From an uncultured Fibrobacteria bacterium (GTDB lineage Bacteria > Fibrobacterota > Fibrobacteria > UBA11236), in contig OY970309.1 of NCBI GenBank assembly GCA_963716395.1, forward strand, positions 2,240,001-2,304,000: a stretch of DNA of 64,000 nt, in the 5' to 3' direction. Below, piece after piece: positions 10,374 through 19,071 of the stretch. The notes beneath the pieces are model-generated. The model ran no database searches, was not told where the DNA came from, and was given only the letters and a program-made list of their open reading frames with translations. Made by a program: the position numbers and the translations under genes. How positions within the stretch are numbered: the first letter of the stretch is position 1; each line of letters begins with the position of its first letter.

Positions 10374-12026
10374 GTGAAGCAACGTTCGGTTTTGGATCAA
10401 TACCGTCAGTCGTATCAACCCAAGCTGCCGCCGGTTTTGGCGGGCGGCGCCGCGCGCGTGGGCCTGCAAACCGGCGCCCCAAGCCGGCCGGCCAAAGACC
10501 AGGAGGCCATTCAGGCGGCTTTTCCCCAAACCTACGGTTTGCCCTTGCTGCGTTTCGTTGCCGCCGCAGGGGGTGGCGCACCGGCCAAAGCCCTGCGCGT
10601 GGGCGTGGTGCTGTCGGGCGGGCAGGCGCCGGGCGGCCATAACGTAATCGCCGGCATCTTCGATTCCATCCGCGCCATCCACCCCGACAGCGCGCTCTAC
10701 GGGTTCACCGGCGGACCCGGCGGCCTGGAAAAAGGCCAATACGAAATCATCGGCGCGGACAAGATGGACGCCTACCGCAACACCGGCGGTTTCGACATCA
10801 TCGGCTCGGGCCGCACCAAGCTGGAAACCCCGGAGCAATTCGACCGCTGCATCGCGGTAATCCAAAAGCTGTCGCTTGACGCCGTGGTCATCATCGGCGG
10901 CGACGATTCGAACACCAATGCCGCCATTCTGGCCGAATACCTGCTCGGCCAGGGCCAGGCAACCTCGGTGATCGGCGTGCCCAAAACCATCGACGGCGAT
11001 CTCAAGAACGCGCATATCCCCACCTCGTTCGGCTTCGACACCGCCGTGAAAACCTATTCCGAACTCATCGGCAACATTGCGCGCGACGCCTGCTCGGCGC
11101 GCAAGTACTGGCATTTCATCAAACTTATGGGGCGTTCGGCCAGCCACATCGCCCTGGAGGCCGGCCTGCAAACCCATGCCAACGTGACCCTGATCTCCGA
11201 AGAGGTCGAACACAAAAAGCACAGCCTCGCAGCCGTGGCGGCCGAAGTGGCGGCCGCGGTTAAGGCGCGCGCGGCGCGCGGCAAAAACTATGGGGTGGTG
11301 CTGATTCCCGAAGGGCTGATCGAATTCATCCCCTCCATCAAGGCGCTGATTGCCGAGGTGAACCGCCTGCTGGCGGAAAAGGCGGACGCGTTCGCCCGGC
11401 TGGATGCGGCCGACGCCAAAATCCGGGCGGTGGAAGGCTGGCTCGACGCCGAGAACGCCCAGACGTTGCAAGCGCTGCCGGCCGCCATCAAGGCCCAACT
11501 GCTGCTCGACCGCGATCCCCACGGTAACGTACAGGTTTCGCTGATCGAAACCGAAAAACTGCTTTCGGCCCTGGTCGCGGCCCAGCTCCAGGCCGACGCA
11601 GGGTTCACGGGCAAGTTCTCTCCCCAGCACCACTTCTTCGGTTACGAAGGCCGGGCCGCCGCGCCCTCGAATTTCGACGCCGACTATTGCTACGCGCTGG
11701 GCTGCGCCGCGGCCGTGCTGATCCGCGCCGGCAAGACCGGATACATGGCTTCGATTGGCAATTTGTCGCGCGGCGTGGCGCACTGGGAGGCCGGCGGAAT
11801 TCCCATCACCGCGCTTTTCAATCTGGAAGCGCGCCACGGCCAGATGAAGCCCGTCATCCAAAAGGCCCTGGTCGATCTCGCCGGCCCGGCCTTCGCAGAA
11901 TTCGCCCGGCATCGGGCGGAATGGGAAAGCGAAGACGCCTATCTCTTTCCCGGCCCCATCCAATATTTCGGGCCGCCGGAAGTGTGCGATCCCATCACCC
12001 GGACGCTGGCGCTCGAGCAGGGTTGA
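10374..12026 (+). CDS. pfp: Pyrophosphate-dependent phosphofructokinase (long type)
   Basis: SGGQAPGGHNV, IGGDDSNTNA (PPi-type GGDD), PKTIDGD, MGRSASH, GYEGR. Confidence 0.95.
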   Translation: MKQRSVLDQYRQSYQPKLPPVLAGGAARVGLQTGAPSRPAKDQEAIQAAFPQTYGLPLLRFVAAAGGGAPAKALRVGVVLSGGQAPGGHNVIAGIFDSIRAIHPDSALYGFTGGPGGLEKGQYEIIGADKMDAYRNTGGFDIIGSGRTKLETPEQFDRCIAVIQKLSLDAVVIIGGDDSNTNAAILAEYLLGQGQATSVIGVPKTIDGDLKNAHIPTSFGFDTAVKTYSELIGNIARDACSARKYWHFIKLMGRSASHIALEAGLQTHANVTLISEEVEHKKHSLAAVAAEVAAAVKARAARGKNYGVVLIPEGLIEFIPSIKALIAEVNRLLAEKADAFARLDAADAKIRAVEGWLDAENAQTLQALPAAIKAQLLLDRDPHGNVQVSLIETEKLLSALVAAQLQADAGFTGKFSPQHHFFGYEGRAAAPSNFDADYCYALGCAAAVLIRAGKTGYMASIGNLSRGVAHWEAGGIPITALFNLEARHGQMKPVIQKALVDLAGPAFAEFARHRAEWESEDAYLFPGPIQYFGPPEVCDPITRTLALEQG

Positions 12027-13798
12027 TGAACCATTTTTCCTGGTTGCGGCGCGCCGCGTGGGTGCCGCTGCTGGCCTCATTCGCCGCGGGCACGCCGGTA
12101 TACCGCGGCTCGGGCACCTATCTCCTTCTGCGACGGATGCAGGAATTGCGCGCCCAGGGCAAACCCATGGCCCTGGCCAAAACCGCCTCGCTGGGCCTGT
12201 CGGGAAGGGTGTACCGTTCGGCGCATTTCGCCTTTCACTACACGCTGGCGCCCAATGTCCACCGCCCGCTTTTTACACCGCGGGATTCTTCGCTGCTGCG
12301 GCAAATCAACGCCCTCTTGCAGGCCTTGCCGTCTTCGCTGTCGACCTCTGCGCGCGACTCGACGATCAACGCCGCCTTTGCCGATAGCGTTGCGCCGTAT
12401 TTCGTGCAGCGGGCGGCGTATCATTTCGAGCGTTACTGGTCGTATTTCGCCGACACCTTGGGTATGGACATGCCCACCGGAGGCAGTTCCTCGCAGGTGT
12501 TCACCGGATCTTCCGACGGGGCGCGCTATACCGTCGATATCTGCGACATCGGCACGGCCCAACCGACCTATTGGCGCGATGAGATCTACGGTCTCACCTG
12601 GCCGCAGCCCGCCATCTCCACCATGCTGGAAAACGATTTTCTTTGGCAGGCCAGCGCCGATTCCAACGGGAAGGTTACGGGTCAGCCCATCCAGGCCGTT
12701 GTAAACGGACAGGTGCTCCACGATTACACCGTGGATTGGGATATGGGTATCGAAGTGACGGCCATTCACGAATTCTACCACGGCATCCAATTCACCTATG
12801 TGGCCGAACCGGCCAACGGGACCTACCACGATTGGTACGAGCTTTCCTCGACGGGCATGGAAGAAGTGTTGGCTCCCGAGGTGAACGACTACTTCCAGTA
12901 CTTGCCCTGCCTGTTCCAGAATCATGATCGAATTCCCCTGATTCAAAGCGACAACGGCGTATGCAATTTCCCTCCCATGTTCGGCTTCGGGGTTTTCCAT
13001 CAATACCTGACCTACACCCTGGGGAAGAAGTTCGACGTGGTGCTGTGGTCGGCTTTGCGCAGCAACGGCGATGATCTCCCGGCCGCCTTGCAAGCCACGG
13101 CCCGGTATTACCACGTCAGTTGGGACAGCTTGTATGCGGAGTTCTCGGCCGCCCTGGCCTCCGCGGGGCGCGGCAGCACGGCGGCTTGCGCCGATGCGAA
13201 TGCCCCCGTTTTTCTGCGCGATCGTCCCTGCTGGCCCATGCCGGCCTTCGATTCGTTGCCGGTCGTGGGCGATTCGTTACGAAGTACCCTGCAGGCCTTG
13301 ACCTTTCAACTGTTCTCGTCACCCCCGACCGGAACGGAAGCGCGTTTTACCTGGAGCGGAACCATGGAATCGATTCCGCAAAAAATCGCGGCCGCGTCGC
13401 CCTATGCCGCCGAAGCCGTGTCCGGCAACCCCTTGGTCTTTTTACCCAGTCCGGACAACAGCGTGTTGGGATTGTCGCTGCCCAACGCATCGTTCACCGC
13501 CGCGGGCAGTTTGAGCGTGGTGCTTGCGAACGCGCAGGGGTTCACCGTGTTCCCCAGTCCCGCGCGTCTTTCGGCCGGCGACGTGTTCTTCACCTTGCCG
13601 CCCGGGCTTTCCGGCCCGCTCACCTTGACCATCGTCTCCGAAACCGGCCGCCGCGTCGCCGAACTGCCTTTGAATGCGCAGACTTCGCTGTGGACCTGGA
13701 ATCTCACCGACGAACAGGGGCGTCCCGTACCGCCCGGCGTCTATTTCTACAGCACTCCGGGCCAGGCGCCCGAAACCTTGCCGTTACTGCCGCGTTGA
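12026..13798 (+). CDS. Secreted putative zinc metallopeptidase with C-terminal FlgD-Ig/T9SS-like domain
   Basis: ATG overlaps the pfp stop (TGATG). Signal-like N-terminus, HEFYH (HEXXH) with downstream WYELSSTGMEE, and C-terminal WNLTDEQGRPVPPGVYFY. Confidence 0.7.
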   Translation: MNHFSWLRRAAWVPLLASFAAGTPVYRGSGTYLLLRRMQELRAQGKPMALAKTASLGLSGRVYRSAHFAFHYTLAPNVHRPLFTPRDSSLLRQINALLQALPSSLSTSARDSTINAAFADSVAPYFVQRAAYHFERYWSYFADTLGMDMPTGGSSSQVFTGSSDGARYTVDICDIGTAQPTYWRDEIYGLTWPQPAISTMLENDFLWQASADSNGKVTGQPIQAVVNGQVLHDYTVDWDMGIEVTAIHEFYHGIQFTYVAEPANGTYHDWYELSSTGMEEVLAPEVNDYFQYLPCLFQNHDRIPLIQSDNGVCNFPPMFGFGVFHQYLTYTLGKKFDVVLWSALRSNGDDLPAALQATARYYHVSWDSLYAEFSAALASAGRGSTAACADANAPVFLRDRPCWPMPAFDSLPVVGDSLRSTLQALTFQLFSSPPTGTEARFTWSGTMESIPQKIAAASPYAAEAVSGNPLVFLPSPDNSVLGLSLPNASFTAAGSLSVVLANAQGFTVFPSPARLSAGDVFFTLPPGLSGPLTLTIVSETGRRVAELPLNAQTSLWTWNLTDEQGRPVPPGVYFYSTPGQAPETLPLLPR

Positions 13799-13856
13799 CC
13801 GGTGCTTTCCAGATAGTATCCGACCGTAAAAGCTCGAGCAGTCCGACCGGCTGTGC

Positions 13857-15254
13857 TTACAGAAGATGCCGGCCCATCACCAAGGTCGCGAGGTTGAAGT
13901 AAATCACGATGCCGGTGACGTCGATGAAGGTGGCCACGAAGGGCGCCGAAGAAGTAGCCGGGTCCATGCCCAGCCGCCGCAAAAACAGCGGCAACATGGA
14001 GCCCACCAAGGTCCCCCAGGCCACCACGCCGATCACCGAAAGAAAGACCGCGAAGCCGATCACCATAAAATGCGGCCCGTAGGTGTGGAAGGTCGCGCCC
14101 CAAATCGTGACGCGCAACAAACCGATGCAGGCGAGAATGCAGCCGAGACCGATGCCCATCAGCACTTCGCGCCGCAACACGCGCCATAAATCCGCGAATT
14201 TCACTTCGCCCAGGGCGATGGAGCGGATCATCAAGGTGGCCGCCTGCGATCCCGAATTGCCGCCGCTGCTCAAGATGAGGGGTATGAACAGCGCCAGCAC
14301 CACGGCCTTGCTGATGGCGTCGGAATAAAAGCTCATGGCCGTGGCCGTGAACATTTCCCCGATGAACAGGCCCGTGAGCCAGCCCACGCGTTTGCGCAAC
14401 AGGTTCCAGAAGGGCGCATCGAGATACGAAACATCCAGGGCTTCGAGGCCGCCGATTTTCTGGATGTCTTCGGTGGTCTCGCGCTCTTCCAGATGCAGGA
14501 TGTCATCGATGGTGACGATGCCCAGCAGCAGGCCGTCTTCATCGATCACCGGCAACGCCGTGCGCGTGCTGTATTTCTTGAACGCCTGAATGGCCTCTTC
14601 CTGCGGGTCGTTGCATTGCAACACCGTGTACTGTCCGTCGAGAATGTCTTCGATGGGCCGCTCGGTCGGCGACAGCAGAAATTCGCGGATGCGGATGTCG
14701 TCGAGCAGGCGGCCCTTGGCGTCGACCACGTAGATGTCGTTCAGGGTTTCTTTGTCTTCGCCGTTGAGGCGGATGAACTCCAGCGCCTTCCCCACCGTCC
14801 ACTCTTTGCGGATGGTCAGGAAGTCGGGCGTCATGAGGCGGCCCACGCTGTCTTCGGGAAAGTCGAGCAGCTTCTGCGCCTGAGCCCGCTCGCGCGGCAG
14901 CAAAAAGCTGAGCAGGCGTTTGGTGGCGTGCAGGGGCACTTTTTCGAGCAGCGCCGTGCGGTCGTCGGCGTCCATCTCGTTGATGATTTCGGCCACGCGC
15001 GGAGTGGAAAGCTCGTCCAGGATTTCGCGCTGCTCCCCGACGTCGAGCTGCTGGAAAATTTCGGTGGCTGCGGTGGGCGAAATTTTTTCGAAAAAGGTGA
15101 TGCGTTGCTGGGGCGCCAACTCCTGCACCAGCTCGGCCAGGTCTTCCACCGAGAGCTGATCGCAGAAGGTTTCCAGCGCTTCGGCGTCGCCGTCTGCGAC
15201 GGCGTGTTCCAACTCGGGATACAGCAATTGCGTTTCGGGTTTTTGAAGCGACAT
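13857..15254 (-). CDS. mgtE: Magnesium transporter MgtE
   Basis: N domain, CBS pair (SVGRLMT, GIVTIDD) and TM motifs SSGGNSGSQ and DPATSSAPFVATFID. Confidence 0.95.
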   Translation of the reverse strand: MSLQKPETQLLYPELEHAVADGDAEALETFCDQLSVEDLAELVQELAPQQRITFFEKISPTAATEIFQQLDVGEQREILDELSTPRVAEIINEMDADDRTALLEKVPLHATKRLLSFLLPRERAQAQKLLDFPEDSVGRLMTPDFLTIRKEWTVGKALEFIRLNGEDKETLNDIYVVDAKGRLLDDIRIREFLLSPTERPIEDILDGQYTVLQCNDPQEEAIQAFKKYSTRTALPVIDEDGLLLGIVTIDDILHLEERETTEDIQKIGGLEALDVSYLDAPFWNLLRKRVGWLTGLFIGEMFTATAMSFYSDAISKAVVLALFIPLILSSGGNSGSQAATLMIRSIALGEVKFADLWRVLRREVLMGIGLGCILACIGLLRVTIWGATFHTYGPHFMVIGFAVFLSVIGVVAWGTLVGSMLPLFLRRLGMDPATSSAPFVATFIDVTGIVIYFNLATLVMGRHLL

Positions 15255-15395
15255 GGTGGCTGCACCCTCGCATCGCGGCGTCGGGCCTAAGGCCGCCGCG
15301 AAGAAGCCGCAAAGTTAGAACAGGTCGGGCGGTTTGCGGTGTTCCCCGAAATCGGCTTCGCCGCGAATTTTCACCCGGTCCAGGTAACGTTCAGC

Positions 15396-16040
15396 TTACC
15401 CGATCGGATCGCGATCGAAACGGTGAAAGCGATAGTGCAGGCCGCTTTCTTCCCAGGTCGGAGAGACGGCAGTGGCGCGGAAATCCGCGGGAATTTCGGG
15501 AAAGAATACGTCGCAGGGAAATTCGGATTCAATGGCGGTCAAATAGATGCGCGCGCAGCGGGGTGATTGCAGGGCTTCGGCGTAAACCCGGCCGCCGCCG
15601 ATGATGAATATTTCCCGGACGCTGTCATCGCGTTCCAGCCAGGCCAAGGCCTGATCCATCGCGCCGAACACGCGGTGCGTGCCCGAATCGTCCGGCGCGC
15701 CGAGTCGGCTGAGCACGCCGTTGAGACGGTTCGGCAGGGGCTTGAACGCGGGCGGCAGCCCCTCCCAGGTCTTGCGGCCCATGAGCACGGCGTTGCGGTG
15801 ATCGGGCGAAGGCAGGGGCAGGGGATCGGCCGCTTTGAGGCGCGCCCACAAGCCTGCGAGCGTTTCCGCGCCGCCGCTCCCGGCGCCGGCCTCCAGGCCG
15901 TAACGCCGTTCCACCGCGCCGCGATCCGGACAGGTGGTGAGTTCGCGGAAGTAGCGCATGTCGCCGGCCAGCTTCCAGGGCAATCGCCCCTCGCGGCCGA
16001 TACCGCGCCGGTTATCGAGCGCCACCACCACGTTGAACAT
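15396..16040 (-). CDS. folA: Dihydrofolate reductase with a long insertion
   Basis: GIG..GRLPW, D..YF, MGRKTW, PLPNRLN.VLSR, IFIIGGG, CDVFFP. Lies 1 nt downstream of thyA. Confidence 0.9.
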   Translation of the reverse strand: MFNVVVALDNRRGIGREGRLPWKLAGDMRYFRELTTCPDRGAVERRYGLEAGAGSGGAETLAGLWARLKAADPLPLPSPDHRNAVLMGRKTWEGLPPAFKPLPNRLNGVLSRLGAPDDSGTHRVFGAMDQALAWLERDDSVREIFIIGGGRVYAEALQSPRCARIYLTAIESEFPCDVFFPEIPADFRATAVSPTWEESGLHYRFHRFDRDPIG

Positions 16041-16041
16041 G

Positions 16042-16857
16042 CTATACCGCCACCGCGAATTTGAGAAACGGATGATGGCGGTAACCCTGCAATTCGAAAT
16101 CCTCGAAGCGCAGGTCGAACAAGGGCTTGGCCGCGATCTGCACCTGCGGCAAAGGATAGGGTTCGCGGCGCAACTGTTCTTCGATGCCTTCGAGGTGGTT
16201 CAGGTAAATGTGGGCGTCGCCGAGGGTGTGGGTGAAAATTCCCGGCGTCAGTCCGCATTCCTGCGCGGTCATCTGCAGCAGCAGGGCGTAGCTGGCGATG
16301 TTGAAGGGAACGCCCAGGGCCATGTCGGCCGAGCGCTGATACAATTGCAAATCCAGCCGGCCGTTGCAGACGTAGTACTGGAAAAAGGCATGGCAGGGCG
16401 GCAGCTTCATGCGCGGCAAGTCGCCCACGTTCCAAGCCGAGACGATGATGCGGCGCGACTCCGGATTATTTTTGATCATGGTAATGGCTTCTTTGATTTG
16501 ATCCACCGGCTCGGGGCGATAGAGACCCGTGCCGTCGGCTGCGACAAAGCGCGGCCAGCGCCGCCACTGATATCCGTAAATGGGTCCGAGTTCGCCGTCG
16601 GGGTCGGCCCAGGCGTTCCAGATGGGCGTATGCTGCGCCAGATCGTCGTGAATATTGGTGCTGCCGCGCAGGAACCACAAGAGTTCGCGCACCACGGCGT
16701 CGAACAAAACCTTTTTGGTGGTCACCAAGGGGAACCCGGCGCGCAAGTCGTATTTGGCCTGCAGGCCGAACAGCGCCAGCGTACCCGTACCCGTGCGATC
16801 GTCTTTGCGCTCCCCGTGTGCGAGGATTTCCCGCAGCAATTGCAGATATTGACGCAT
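16042..16857 (-). CDS. thyA: Thymidylate synthase
   Basis: MRQYLQLL start, [48 protein letters not shown]. Confidence 0.97.
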   Translation of the reverse strand: MRQYLQLLREILAHGERKDDRTGTGTLALFGLQAKYDLRAGFPLVTTKKVLFDAVVRELLWFLRGSTNIHDDLAQHTPIWNAWADPDGELGPIYGYQWRRWPRFVAADGTGLYRPEPVDQIKEAITMIKNNPESRRIIVSAWNVGDLPRMKLPPCHAFFQYYVCNGRLDLQLYQRSADMALGVPFNIASYALLLQMTAQECGLTPGIFTHTLGDAHIYLNHLEGIEEQLRREPYPLPQVQIAAKPLFDLRFEDFELQGYRHHPFLKFAVAV

Positions 16858-16986
16858 CGGCAAGCCCGCCCTAAAGGGTACACTAAGAATCGGTCCGCCT
16901 GCGGTCCGTTTTCGATCCGCCTGCGCGGCAGGCCAAACGAAATGGCCGTTCGCCGCAGCGGAGAAGGCGATTCTTAGGGCCACCCT

Positions 16987-17013
16987 AAAATAAAAAAGGC
17001 GGGGCGTCCGCCT
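16987..17013 (-). terminator. Rho-independent terminator of the 17024-17587 gene
   Basis: Minus strand reads AGGCGG-ACGCC-CCGCCT-TTTTTATTTT. Confidence 0.7.
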
Positions 17014-17023
17014 GATTGCGGAT

Positions 17024-17587
17024 TCAGGGTGCGGGCGCGACGAAGAGAAAATAGCGCTGAATCTGGCCGTGGGCGCTGGGTTCCAAAGCCCGGGCGCCGC
17101 GGCGCAGCGCCATGTCGAGCAGCAGCGAACCGGCCGGTGCCGTGCCCACCAGGAAGCTCACGCCGTTGCGGTGCATGAGGCGCACCAGCGCCTCCCACAA
17201 CAACTCGGCCACGCCTTCTTCGGGAAAGCCCGCGGCGATGGTGAACGGCCCGCACTCGATCCAGCGGTGGCCGGTGTAGCGCAAGGCGCTGAGCCACTCG
17301 CCGATTACCGGGTGGGGAGCCTGTTGCGGCGAAGGGCTTTCGGTGCGGCCGCGCGGCAAGGTGATGGCGCAACCTCCGGCCGCCAACCCGGCCAGGGTGC
17401 GGCACACCAGCTCCCAGCGGGGCAAAGGCTGGCCCGATTCCGATCGCGGCCTTAAGGGTTCAAAGGCCAACTCGGATTTGGCAGGAAGCGGCGACTCGAT
17501 GTCGACATTGAAACTGCCTTGGCGGTAAGCGGGAAAGTTCGGTTGTTCCAGCGCGTCGGGTGCCGGCGGTTGTATGGGATTGTTCAC
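17024..17587 (-). CDS. Hypothetical protein, possible remote GNAT-like fold
   Basis: GTG 17587 preceded by GGAGG, followed by a terminator. The segment [28 protein letters not shown] loosely resembles GNAT motif A. Confidence 0.55.
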   Translation of the reverse strand: MNNPIQPPAPDALEQPNFPAYRQGSFNVDIESPLPAKSELAFEPLRPRSESGQPLPRWELVCRTLAGLAAGGCAITLPRGRTESPSPQQAPHPVIGEWLSALRYTGHRWIECGPFTIAAGFPEEGVAELLWEALVRLMHRNGVSFLVGTAPAGSLLLDMALRRGARALEPSAHGQIQRYFLFVAPAP

Positions 17588-17769
17588 AAAAGCCTCCGTG
17601 GCTCGGTTTTCTTTTTTCACTGAGGAATAGAATACCTCGGTGTCGTTGCCGCGATATTTCAGCCTGATTTCAAAGCCGCCGACGCGCCTGGGGTAAGGAT
17701 TCCGGGGCGGCGCGAAATTAAAATTCCATCGCTTCCGGGGGCGGAAATCCGTTGATTCAAAGTCTAGTG

Positions 17770-17805
17770 TTGACGGCACGATTTCCAAAATCGTATATTC
17801 ACGAT
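17770..17805 (+). promoter_or_regulatory. Sigma70-type ars promoter with overlapping ArsR operator
   Basis: -35 TTGACG (17770-75), 18-bp spacer, -10 TATATT (17794-99). Palindrome ATCGT-N6-ACGAT (17790-17805) covers the -10. Confidence 0.65.
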
Positions 17806-17853
17806 ATAGGCTAAGTATTTAAGATAAACAAGAGAATCAGAAGAATCAAAACC

Positions 17854-18186
17854 ATGGCGGAAGCGAAACACGAAAAGTTTTCGGCGGCGGATCAGAAGTT
17901 GGCGGCCGTGGCCAAGGCCTTGAGCCATCCGGCCCGCATCGCCATCTTGCGCACCCTGGCGCGACGGGGAACCTGTATTTGCGGTGAAATCGTGGCGGTG
18001 ATGCCTTTGGCGCAATCGACGGTATCGCAGCATCTCAAGGCCCTGAAGGCCGCGGGTCTGATCGTGGGCGAAGTCGAAGGCCCCAAGAGTTGTTATTGCG
18101 TGAACGGCAAAGCGCTGGCGGCGCTGGGGAAAAACCTTTCCGACTGGGTCGCCGCCGTTTGCCAGGACGCGGGAAAGTGCTGTTAA
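17854..18186 (+). CDS. arsR: ArsR/SmtB family As(III)-responsive repressor
   Basis: [35 protein letters not shown]-terminal CC. First gene of an aquaporin-arsC operon. Confidence 0.9.
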   Translation: MAEAKHEKFSAADQKLAAVAKALSHPARIAILRTLARRGTCICGEIVAVMPLAQSTVSQHLKALKAAGLIVGEVEGPKSCYCVNGKALAALGKNLSDWVAAVCQDAGKCC

Positions 18187-18223
18187 AGCCAAGCGAAAAC
18201 CAAACATCAACCGGGGGGAAACC

Positions 18224-18397
18224 ATGAGTTTGTGGAAAAGGATTTTCGGCGGCAAGCCTTCGAGTCGCGGTTGCTGTTGTTGTTGCTGCTGTTGCGGCGG
18301 CGGCTGCGAAGCTTGCAATTGTAAGGATTGCCGCTGCGTCGCGCAGGCGGATTTGACGCCTGGTTGCGGTGCGGAGCAACGCGCGGGAGGGGCATGA
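18224..18397 (+). CDS. 57-aa poly-cysteine, metallothionein-like peptide (absent from ORF track)
   Basis: MSLWKRIFGGKPSSRGCCCCCCCCGGGCEACNCKDCRCVAQADLTPGCGAEQRAGGA. G-rich RBS upstream, and the stop overlaps the aquaporin start (ATGA, 18394-18397). Confidence 0.8.
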   Translation: MSLWKRIFGGKPSSRGCCCCCCCCGGGCEACNCKDCRCVAQADLTPGCGAEQRAGGA

Positions 18398-19071
18398 AAC
18401 CAGGCGTGGCCGAGGCCTGGCTCGGCGAATTTCTGGGCACGGCGTTGCTGCTGGCCGGTGTCGTCGGGTCGGGTATCATGGCCCAGCGTTTGGCCGGAGG
18501 CAATGTGGCCTTGGCCTTATTGGCCAATGCCTTGGCCACGGGTTTTCTCTTGCCGGTGCTCATCCAGATTTTCGGTCCGATTTCCGGGGGGCATTTCAAC
18601 CCCGCCGTATCCTTGGCCGAAGCCGCGAGCCGGCGTCTGCCTTGGAACCGGGTCGCCGGGTATATCGTGGTTCAGGTTTTGGGAGCCGTCGCCGGCGTGT
18701 GGCTGGCGCATGCCATGTTCGGCCTGGATCTTTGGCAAACATCGCGGCATGTGCGCGCGGGCATGAGCCAGGGGCTGAGCGAAGCCGTGGCCACCTTCGG
18801 ACTGGTCTTGCTGGTATTACGCCGTGATCATTGCCGCGAAGGGCATATTTCCTGGCTGATCGGCGCGTACATCGCATCGGCGTATTGGTTCACGGCTTCC
18901 ACCAGTTTCGCCAATCCCGCGGTGACCGTGGCCCGGGCTTTTACCGATACCTTCGCCGGCATCCGCCCGGCCGATGTTCCGGCTTTCATTTTCTTTCAAC
19001 TCGTGGGGACGGCGGCGGCTTTTTTTCAGGATCAATGGCTGCGCACCCGGAAAGGAGTTCGCCTTGGATAA
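18394..19071 (+). CDS. MIP/aquaporin-family channel, AqpS-like arsenite efflux
   Basis: EFLGTALLL..VVGSGIMA, SGGHFNPAV, YWFTASTSFANPAVT (two NPA boxes). Lies in the ars operon. Confidence 0.9.
   Translation: MKPGVAEAWLGEFLGTALLLAGVVGSGIMAQRLAGGNVALALLANALATGFLLPVLIQIFGPISGGHFNPAVSLAEAASRRLPWNRVAGYIVVQVLGAVAGVWLAHAMFGLDLWQTSRHVRAGMSQGLSEAVATFGLVLLVLRRDHCREGHISWLIGAYIASAYWFTASTSFANPAVTVARAFTDTFAGIRPADVPAFIFFQLVGTAAAFFQDQWLRTRKGVRLG

Noticed and set aside
9999-12080. 693-aa minus-strand ORF, and similar long ORFs at 22319-23872, 30292-33075 and 52385-56149
   Set aside because: These are antisense shadows of well-supported genes in high-GC DNA, with no recognisable motifs.
15255-15395. M-box (ykoK) riboswitch upstream of mgtE
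   Set aside because: The region is short and has only a GC hairpin; no M-box consensus was recognisable.
16040-16044. Fused TS-DHFR bifunctional gene
   Set aside because: thyA ends with TAG and folA starts 1 nt later in another frame, with a normal ThyA C-terminus (AVAV).
17764-18318. Minus-strand ORF with a poly-Gln run
   Set aside because: It is the antisense shadow of the poly-Cys codons and arsR. The plus-strand peptide has an RBS and operon coupling.
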